A stretch of DNA of 14,644 bases from Candidatus Dadabacteria bacterium. Its GTDB lineage: Bacteria > Desulfobacterota_D > UBA1144 > Nemesobacterales > CSP1-2. The translations under genes and the position numbers were made by a program. Where the stretch lies: assembly GCA_040289575.1 (NCBI GenBank), contig PSLL01000002.1, positions 56,752-71,395 of the forward strand. Direction: 5' to 3'. The notes under the pieces are model-generated. The model was not told the origin of the DNA, ran no database searches, and worked only from the letters and a program-made list of their open reading frames with translations. Shown piece after piece: positions 6,528 to 14,644 of the stretch (the first letter of the stretch is position 1; each line of letters begins with the position of its first letter).

Positions 6528-7133
6528 ATGGAAAATCAGACAAGTATTGCCAAGAATAAATCTAGGCTTGAATTAATAAGCCTCCTTGGGGTGTATGCGT
6601 TTGTTGTATGTGCGATTACAGTTCTTAGGAGATTTCTCCCAGGATTTGTTATACCGCTCTCTGCGGTCTTGCTATTTTCTGCGCCATTCGTAATGAAAAG
6701 TAATGTAAGTGGGCTTAAACCCAATCTCGATGGAGTGCTTTTAGGGATTGCCGTATCGGTTGTCATTCTTTCTCTATACGTGATTATTGTGAACAAGCCT
6801 CTGCAACTCGGCAGGGTCTCGTATTCGCTTATCGTATTAGAGCTCTTTCTTGTTGCTTTGCCGGAAGAGGCCTTTTTTCGTGGGTACCTCCAGGAAAAGA
6901 TAGGAAATGATTTAAAAGGAGTCTTGGTAGTCAGTCTGTTCTTTGCCGTCGGGCACTTTGTTACGGGATGCATCGGCGGCGGATTGGGCGGCGTCGGCTG
7001 TGCAAAAACCCTACTTACCTTTTTCCCATCAATCGTTATGGGCTATATGTATGCCACATCGGGGACGCTCTGGGGAAACATAATGTTTCACTTCCTCTCT
7101 AATATCATATACGAGGCTACAGGCGGATTGTGA
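6528..7133 (+). CDS. CPBP/Abi (CAAX type II) family intramembrane glutamic endopeptidase
   Basis: Motif 1 EEAFFRG, motif 2 FAVGH, motif 4 HFLSN; hydrophobic protein of 201 aa. Confidence 0.9.
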   Translation: MENQTSIAKNKSRLELISLLGVYAFVVCAITVLRRFLPGFVIPLSAVLLFSAPFVMKSNVSGLKPNLDGVLLGIAVSVVILSLYVIIVNKPLQLGRVSYSLIVLELFLVALPEEAFFRGYLQEKIGNDLKGVLVVSLFFAVGHFVTGCIGGGLGGVGCAKTLLTFFPSIVMGYMYATSGTLWGNIMFHFLSNIIYEATGGL

Positions 7134-7210
7134 AACGCATGATCACAGAATACATTTTTAATCTCGCGTCTTTCTTGGTGCAATTTTCATAAGTATGATA
7201 TTATAGAGAT

Positions 7211-8950
7211 ATGGATACTTTCAGGGTAGGGCTGGGACAGATTGACGTATGCGTCGGAGACCTAAGGGGAAATCTGAAGAAGATTCTCGAATATATAGAG
7301 GTTGCGAAGAATCTATATGTAGATATTCTGTGCTTTCCTGAACTTGCCGTCACGGGGTATCCGCCCGAAGACCTACTCCTGAAATCGAGTTTCATAGAGG
7401 ATAACTTAGAGGCTCTCGATAAAATACGTGAGTCTTCGGATGGGCTTACTGTAGTAGTCGGTTTTGTGGATAAAAAAGAGGACATATATAATGCCGCCGC
7501 AATAATACACAATAGGGATTTAATAGATGTTTATCACAAGAGGTATCTTCCGAACTACGGCGTCTTTGATGAGAACAGGTATTTTCAATCGGGGACTCGT
7601 GCTCCTGTTTACAAATTGGGCGACTTGACATTTGGGGTGAACATCTGTGAAGACATATGGTATCCGGGGGATCCGACAAGAGAGCAGGCAATACTGGGAG
7701 ATGCTCAGGTAATTATAAATATCTCCTCTTCCCCTTATTATGCCTCAAAGGTCAAATCAAGGGAGCAGATGCTCTCTGTGAGGGCATCGGACTATTCGGT
7801 GGTTGTAGTTTTCTGCAATCTTGTAGGAGGACAGGATGAGCTTGTATTTGACGGGCATAGCGTTGTAATAGGAGAGACGGGCAAAGTAATAGCCCGCGCC
7901 CCCGGATTTCGAGAAGATCTTCTCATTGCGGATATATCTCCGGATAGGGTTTTTCGTTCTCGCCTTCATGACCCGAGGAGGAGGAAGGAAAAATACACAC
8001 TCAGGATTGAATCTAAGGAATCTCAAATAATCACGATTGCCCAATCGCAAGCCGGGAGGAATTCCCGGCCTCGTATTGTGCATAGGGTTGAGGAACTTAT
8101 GTGTGTAGAAGAAGAGTTGTTTCAGGCACTCATTCTCGGAACGAGGGACTACGTTACGAAAAACAGATTTAAGAAGGTTGTAATAGGTCTAAGCGGTGGG
8201 ATTGATTCTTCTTTGGTTGCGGTGGTTGCGGCGGAGGCTTTGGGGAAAGAAAACGTCATCGGAGTCTCGATGCCGTCGAGATACAGTTCCCAAGGAAGCA
8301 TTACGGATGCCGAGAGCCTCTCTAAGAATCTTGGTATCGAACTTCTCACTATCCCTATAGAGAAGGCATTTGATGCCTACGTTGACATGCTCTCTCAGGT
8401 TTTCCATGGGAGAGAGCACGACGTGACTGAGGAGAACTTTCAGGCCAGGATTCGCGGCAATATTCTTATGGCGCTCTCTAATAAATTCGGATGGCTTGTG
8501 CTCACCACGGGGAATAAGAGCGAAATGGGGGTTGGGTACTGCACGCTCTATGGGGATATGGCAGGAGGATTCGCTGTGATAAAGGACGTGCCAAAGACGC
8601 TCGTATATCGTCTTTGTGAGTTTTATAACAGGTGGAAGGGAAGGGATATAATTCCACGAACCATCTTAGAAAAACCGCCTTCGGCGGAGCTAAGGCCGAA
8701 CCAGAAAGATACGGATTTTCTTCCTCCTTATGAAATTCTAGATCCAATACTCAAGTATTACATAGAGGATGATCTAAACGTAGAGGGGATTGTTTCTTTG
8801 GGATTTGATGAGAATCTGGTGAAGCGCGTAATAAAGATGGTGGATTTAAATGAGTACAAGCGCAGACAGGCGGCACCGGGCATAAAAATTACCGTAAGGG
8901 CATTCGGCAAGGACCGCCGTTTTCCTATAACGAATCTCTATAGGGGATAA
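7211..8950 (+). CDS. nadE: Glutamine-dependent NAD+ synthetase
   Basis: N-terminal nitrilase/glutaminase domain ([32 protein letters not shown]) fused to a synthetase domain ([50 protein letters not shown]); 579 aa. Confidence 0.97.
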   Translation: MDTFRVGLGQIDVCVGDLRGNLKKILEYIEVAKNLYVDILCFPELAVTGYPPEDLLLKSSFIEDNLEALDKIRESSDGLTVVVGFVDKKEDIYNAAAIIHNRDLIDVYHKRYLPNYGVFDENRYFQSGTRAPVYKLGDLTFGVNICEDIWYPGDPTREQAILGDAQVIINISSSPYYASKVKSREQMLSVRASDYSVVVVFCNLVGGQDELVFDGHSVVIGETGKVIARAPGFREDLLIADISPDRVFRSRLHDPRRRKEKYTLRIESKESQIITIAQSQAGRNSRPRIVHRVEELMCVEEELFQALILGTRDYVTKNRFKKVVIGLSGGIDSSLVAVVAAEALGKENVIGVSMPSRYSSQGSITDAESLSKNLGIELLTIPIEKAFDAYVDMLSQVFHGREHDVTEENFQARIRGNILMALSNKFGWLVLTTGNKSEMGVGYCTLYGDMAGGFAVIKDVPKTLVYRLCEFYNRWKGRDIIPRTILEKPPSAELRPNQKDTDFLPPYEILDPILKYYIEDDLNVEGIVSLGFDENLVKRVIKMVDLNEYKRRQAAPGIKITVRAFGKDRRFPITNLYRG

Positions 8951-8976
8951 TTTTTCTCATTTTCCTTTTCTCATTC

Positions 8977-9005
8977 TTGATTGTTTATCCAAACATAGTT
9001 AAAAT
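8977..9005 (+). promoter_or_regulatory. Candidate sigma70-type promoter for gltB with an overlapping palindrome
   Basis: TTGATT (8977-8982), 17-nt spacer, TAAAAT (9000-9005); TGTTT-atcc-AAACA at 8982-8995. Confidence 0.5.
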
Positions 9006-9026
9006 GAAGAGGCTGAGATGTAAATT

Positions 9027-9033
9027 GAGGAGG
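9027..9033 (+). promoter_or_regulatory. Shine-Dalgarno sequence of gltB
   Basis: GAGGAGG ending 7 nt before the ATG at 9041. Confidence 0.8.
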
Positions 9034-9040
9034 CGGTGAT

Positions 9041-12000
9041 ATGGGGTCAACGGGATTCCCTCCAAAACAGGGCCTTTATGATCCGCAATTTGAGCATGAT
9101 TCCTGCGGCATAGGATTTGTTGTAAACATAAAAGGAAAGAAGTCAAACGAGATTGTGCGTCAGGCTTTAACCGTTCTCGTAAATCTCAACCATCGCGGTG
9201 CATGTGGATGTGAGGCAAACACGGGCGACGGGGCGGGAATTCTCCTACAGATTCCCCATGCGTTTCTCAAAAGGGTTTGCGCCGGACTGAAAATCTCTCT
9301 TCCTTCTCCCGGAGAGTATGGTGTCGGAATGGTATTTCTGCCCCCTGATCCGGCCCTTCGTCGGGATTGTCAGAGGCGTTTTGAAGAGATTATAAAAGAG
9401 GAGGGACAGCGCGTTCTCGGATGGCGCACAGTACCCACAAACAACGCTACCTTAGGAAATACTGCAAAATCGCATCAGCCGTTTGTACGTCAGGTTTTCA
9501 TCGGGCGCAATTCTAAGATTGCGGATGATATGGCATTTGAGCGCAAGCTCTATGTTATTCGCAAGCGCGCTGAAAATGCCATCCGATATTCGGGAATAGA
9601 AGGCGGTGGCTATTTTTATATTCCCAGCCTTTCTTATAAGACAATTGTCTACAAGGGAATGCTTATGGCGGAGCAGGTTTCGGAATTCTATACAGAACTG
9701 ACAGAGCCCGATATGGAAACCGCTCTTGCCGTTGTCCACTCGCGTTTTAGCACAAATACATTTCCAAGCTGGGAGCGCGCCCATCCGTATCGTTACCTTA
9801 TACACAACGGAGAGATAAATACACTTCGTGGGAACATAAACTGGATGCACACGCGCCAGTCAATGTTTGCGTCTGAACTCTTTGGAGATGATATTAAAAA
9901 GATTCTGCCAATAATCAATTCCGATGGAAGCGACTCGGCGATGTTTGATAACTGCCTTGAGTTTCTAATCCTCTCTGGCCGTTCATTGCCCCATGCAGTT
10001 ATGATGATGATCCCGGAACCTTGGTCAAACCACGAGAGTATGAGTGATGAGAAGAAGGCATTCTACGAGTATCACGGCTGCCTTATGGAGCCTTGGGACG
10101 GTCCCGCTTCGATTGCATTTACAGACGGCATAAGGGTTGGCGCAGTGCTTGACAGAAACGGTTTGCGCCCATCTCGATACTACGTCACAAAAGACGGGCT
10201 TGTGATAATGGCATCCGAGGTCGGGGTGCTTGATGTTCCGCCAGAGCGCGTACTCCACAAAGGGCGTCTCCAGCCGGGGCGTATGTTTCTAGTAGACACA
10301 CAACAAAGGCGCATTATATCCGATGAGGAATTAAAGCTCAGGATTTCAACCGAGTGTCCATACCGACTGTGGCTAAATGAAAATCTGGTATCGCTTGAGG
10401 ATTTGCCAGAACCCCCTCATGTCTCGAAACCGAATGACTATATGCTCATACAGCGTCAGCAGGCGTTTGGGTATACATTTGAGGACCTCCGAATCATTAT
10501 GGCTCCTATGGCAAAAGACGGTGTTGAGCCGGTTGGATCTATGGGCAACGACACACCAATTGCGGTGCTCTCCGATAGACCACAGCTTTTGTACAACTAC
10601 TTTAAACAGCTATTCGCTCAGGTTACAAACCCCCCCATTGATGCCATACGCGAGGAGCTGATTACGGCAACTGAAACAACGATTGGCCCAGAGAGAAATC
10701 TTCTGAAACCAGAGCCGGAAAGCTGCCGTCAAATCAAGCTTAAAACCCCGATACTCACAAATGAGGAGCTCGAGAAGCTCCGTCATATAAATATCCCTGG
10801 CTTTAAGTCCGTTACGCTTCCAATCCTCTTTAAGGTTTCTGAGGGCGGACCCGGATTAGAAAGGGCTATGGATGAACTATTCCAAAGGGCAAGCCATGCC
10901 ATATCTGAAGGGGCAAACATAATAATCCTCTCCGACCGGGGAATTGACCGTGAGAATGCCCCGATACCCGCGCTTCTTGCAGTATCAGGGCTTCATCACT
11001 ATTTAATTCGTGAGGGTGCGCGTACAAAGGTTGGATTGGTTCTTGAATCGGGGGAGCCGCGCGAGGTGCATCACTTCTCGCTTCTGATTGGATACGGCGT
11101 GGGGGCAATCAATCCGTATCTTGCGTATGAAACCCTGGACGACATGATTCGTCAGGGGTTGCTCACCGGAATGACATATAAGGAGGCTGTAAAGAGATAT
11201 AACAAGGCCATTGTAAAGGGAGTCGTCAAGGTAATGTCAAAGATGGGCATATCTACGATTCAGAGCTATCGTGGAGCCCAGATATTTGAGGCCCTGGGGC
11301 TCAACCAGAGTGTGATTGACAAATATTTCACTTGGACCCCTTCCCGTATAGGAGGCGTGGGGATTGATGTGATTGCCGATGAGGTTAGAATGCGCTATAT
11401 GCACGCCTTCCCAGACCGCCAGGTTGATGGAAAAACGCTTGATGTGGGCGGAAAATATCAGTGGCGCCAGGACGGGGAATATCACATGTTTAACCCCGAA
11501 ACAGTGCACAAACTCCAGTACGCATGCCGAAATAACAACTACAAGGCCTTCAAGGAGTATACAGAGATTGTAAACAACCAATCTAAAAAGCTCTGTACAA
11601 TACGCGGGCTTTTGGAGTTTAAATTTGCGCCCGAACCCATTCCAATTGAAGAGGTGGAGCCAGTTGAATCAATTGTTAAGCGCTTCAAAACGGGGGCTAT
11701 GTCCTACGGTTCTATAAGCAAAGAGGCGCACGAGAGTCTGGCAATCGCTATGAATCGCATTGGCGGTAAGAGCAATACAGGTGAGGGTGGAGAAGACCCG
11801 GTAAGATATATTCCCGACCCCAATGGGGATTCGAGAAACAGCGCAATTAAGCAGATCGCATCGGGAAGATTCGGTGTTACGAGCCTGTACCTTACAATGG
11901 CAAAGGAGCTGCAGATTAAAATAGCCCAGGGCGCAAAGCCCGGAGAAGGGGGACAGCTTCCCGGGGCAAAGGTCTATCCATGGATTGCAAAGGTGCGACA

Positions 12001-13617
12001 CTCGGTTCCGGGTGTAGGGTTGATTTCGCCTCCTCCGCACCACGATATCTACTCAATTGAAGACCTGGCTGAATTGATACACGACCTTAAAAATGCCAAT
12101 TCTCAGGCTCGAATCAGCGTTAAACTCGTATCCGAGGTGGGTGTCGGTACCATAGCCGCCGGTGTAGCAAAGGGGCACGCCGATGTTGTTCTGATCAGCG
12201 GATATGAAGGTGGAACGGGTGCATCACCTCAGACGAGTATTCAACATGCTGGTCTGCCGTGGGAGCTGGGACTTGCTGAGACGCACCAAACGCTGCTCCT
12301 CAATAATCTACGCAGCCGAATTGTAATAGAGACCGATGGGCAACTCAAAACCGGACGGGACGTCGTAATAGCGGCTTTGCTCGGTGCAGAGGAGTTTGGG
12401 TTTGCTACGGCTCCTCTTATTGTGCTTGGATGCATCATGATGCGTGTATGCCATCTTGATACATGCCCCGTAGGCGTGGCAACTCAGAATCCAGAGCTTC
12501 GCAAGAGGTTCCAGGGAAACCCCGATCACGTTGTTAACTTTATGCGGTTTATTGCCCAGGAGATGCGCGAGCTGATGGCACAACTCGGCTTCCGCACGGT
12601 CAATGAGATGATTGGACGTACGGATAAACTCGAGATGAAAAAAGCTATAGACCACTGGAAGGCAAAAGGACTCGATTTCTCAAATATTCTTTATCAGCCG
12701 AACGTTTCTCCTGATGTGGGGAGATATTGTCAGATTCCTCAAGACCATGGGCTCGAGAATTCCCTTGATAATCAGGTTCTATTAGAACTCTGCAAACCGG
12801 CTCTTGAGAGAGGCGAACCCATTGAGGCTGTACTCCCTATTCGTAATATCAACCGTGTGGTAGGAACCATTTTAGGAAGTGAACTCACAAGGCGATACGG
12901 CGCGGAGGGACTGCCCGATGACACTATTCGTCTGCATTTCCAGGGTTCGGCGGGGCAGAGCTTTGGCGCATTTGTGCCGAGGGGTATTACTCTTATTCTT
13001 GAAGGGGATTCAAACGACTATATTGGCAAAGGGCTTTCGGGCGGCAAGATTATTGTCTATCCTCCTAGGGGCTCGACATTTGTTCCTGAGGAAAATGTCA
13101 TTATCGGCAACGTTGCGTTCTATGGGGCAACATCTGGAGAGGCATATATTCGCGGCATGGCTGGTGAGAGATTCTGTGTGAGGAATAGCGGTGTTAATGC
13201 CGTGGATGCGAGTACATGACGGGCGGGCGCGTTGTTGTTCTTGGCCCGACCGGACGGAACTTTGCAGCTGGTATGTCGGGAGGCATAGCTTATGTCCTGG
13301 ATGAGGCTGGTGATTTCCATCGCCGGTGTAATCAGGATATAGTCTACCTTGAGCGGATTGAGGATGAAGAGGAGATTTTAGAAGTAAGAGAGATGATTCG
13401 TAGACACGCTGAGTATACAGAGAGTCAGAGGGCTTGGGAGATTCTATCCTCATGGGAGGATATGGTGCCAAGGTTTGTCAAGATCATGCCCAAGGACTAT
13501 AAGCGCATGATTCAAGCAATGAAGCGTGTTCAGCAAGCGGGTTTAAGTGGCGAAGAAGCCATTATGGCTGCATTTGAAGAAAATAAGCGCGACCTTGCGC
13601 GCATCAGCGGAAATTAA
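9041..13617 (+). pseudogene. gltB: Glutamate synthase large subunit, frameshifted near 13203 (ORFs 9041-13219 and 13216-13617)
   Basis: Ntn-amidotransferase start [38 protein letters not shown] domain [14 protein letters not shown]; [3Fe-4S] motif [16 protein letters not shown]-terminal GXGXG domain continues in a second frame as [27 protein letters not shown]. Gene identity is certain; whether the frameshift is biological is not. Confidence 0.9.
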
Positions 13618-13904
13618 ATTACTGACTGGTAATCTCTATTTTGTGGCTTGGTTCCGCCGTAATTTCTTATTCTCTTCATGGACTTTAACTGGCGTTAGCT
13701 GAACCGGTAGGCGAAAGATTTAGATTTTTCTTTAAAATCCGAGTTATCCCTAAGCCCGAATCACAAAGCCCAATAGGGAAGTGTTTGACGGAGCGCAAGG
13801 TTACAGAAAAAATATCCGAATATGTTCTATATACATTTTTATTTGATTTGAGTGTGGCTATTTGACTCTAAATACAGGATTTGATTATTGGAGCTTTTTT
13901 ATTA

Positions 13905-14644
13905 ATGGGTAAGCCCACAGGATTCTTAGAATACACCCGCGAGCCTCCATCGGAGCGACCGCCAGCCGAGCGGATTCGCGATTGGGATGAGTTTGAACTA
14001 CACCTTCCTGAGGAAAAGCTCCGTGTTCAGGGGGCACGCTGTATGGATTGCGGCATACCGTTCTGCCATACAGGGGTTATATTGGGCGGTATGACATCGG
14101 GCTGCCCAGTTAACAACCTTATTCCTGAGTGGAATGACTTGGTCTACAGAGGGCTCTGGAGGGAGGCACTCGACCGTCTCCATAAGACTAACAACTTCCC
14201 TGAATTTACGGGAAGGATCTGTCCTGCTCCGTGTGAGGCGGCGTGTGTTCTGGGGATTAATGAACCGCCAGTCACAATCAAAAGCATAGAGTGCAGCATT
14301 ATTGATAAGGGATTTGAAGAGGGATGGGTGGTTCCGGAGCCGCCTGATAGGCGCACGGGCAAAAGGGTTGCTATAGTAGGCTCAGGGCCTGCCGGACTTG
14401 CATGTGCCGCACAGCTCAATAAGGCCGGCCATTGGGTAACCGTATTTGAGCGGGCCGATCGTATTGGGGGACTCCTCATGTACGGCATCCCTAATCCGCA
14501 TCTTGATAAGAGAATAGTTCAGCGTCGGGTTGATATTTTGGCAAAGGAGGGAGTGAAGTTTATAACAAATACCGAGGTCGGCAAAGATTATCCTTCCGAT
14601 AGGCTTCTTAGGGAATTCGATGCGGTCGTCCTTTGCGGCGGGGG
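13905..14644 (+). CDS. gltD: Glutamate synthase small subunit, 3'-truncated by window edge (absent from the ORF track because it has no stop in the window)
   Basis: Manual translation: [13 protein letters not shown]...[12 protein letters not shown]...[12 protein letters not shown]...[22 protein letters not shown]...[14 protein letters not shown]...[10 protein letters not shown]; Fe-S cysteine motifs and FAD-binding GxGxxG. GGAG at 13890-13893. Confidence 0.96.
   Translation, partial: MGKPTGFLEYTREPPSERPPAERIRDWDEFELHLPEEKLRVQGARCMDCGIPFCHTGVILGGMTSGCPVNNLIPEWNDLVYRGLWREALDRLHKTNNFPEFTGRICPAPCEAACVLGINEPPVTIKSIECSIIDKGFEEGWVVPEPPDRRTGKRVAIVGSGPAGLACAAQLNKAGHWVTVFERADRIGGLLMYGIPNPHLDKRIVQRRVDILAKEGVKFITNTEVGKDYPSDRLLREFDAVVLCGG

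Noticed and set aside
1..7133. Lower apparent GC in the glycosylation cluster than in gltB, suggesting a genomic island
   Set aside because: Judged by eye only and confounded by T-rich codons of hydrophobic proteins; no integrase, tRNA or flanking direct repeats seen.
13216..13617. Stand-alone GXGXG-domain gene, as in naturally split glutamate synthases
   Set aside because: The break lies inside the domain and removes conserved residues rather than falling at a domain boundary.
13686..13800. Glutamine riboswitch or sigma54 promoter between gltB and gltD
   Set aside because: Fragments such as CGTT and GACGG occur, but I could not build the expected stems, and I found no correctly spaced TGGC-N-TTGC sigma54 motif.
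184..14488. Short alternative-frame and antisense ORFs in the track (e.g. 692-961, 2083-2436, 3947-4261, 6536-6973, 9452-9850, 13010-13471, 14144-14488)
   Set aside because: They overlap well-supported genes and show no recognisable motifs; they are shadow ORFs.
1..14644. CRISPR array, tRNA/rRNA, transposase, recombinase or reverse transcriptase (e.g. DGR explanation of the repeats)
   Set aside because: None recognised; nearly all sequence is accounted for by the genes above, and the main repeats are exact rather than adenine-variable.

Overview
Bacterial genomic window in two parts; the taxon cannot be determined from the sequence. Left (1-7133) is a cluster of integral-membrane glycosylation genes: the 3' part of a PMT-type protein O-mannosyltransferase, a GtrA-family protein, a PIG-V-like mannosyltransferase, three paralogous ~400-aa putative GT-C glycosyltransferases (A and B on the minus strand, C on the plus strand) and a CPBP/Abi intramembrane protease. 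Right (7211-14644) is nitrogen/cofactor housekeeping: glutamine-dependent nadE, gltB and the 5' part of gltD. The most notable structure is that the otherwise strongly diverged paralogs share patches of identical DNA: perfect 128-bp and 48-bp tracts between B and C, and two ~50-bp near-identical tracts between A and C, all as in-frame inverted repeats. This points to gene conversion or inversion-mediated shuffling, and defines a potentially invertible 2.2-kb segment carrying the PIG-V-like gene. Three reading-frame lesions are visible and may be real or assembly errors: a 1-nt deletion near the end of B, TGG->TGA in C, and an inferred ~22-nt deletion in gltB.
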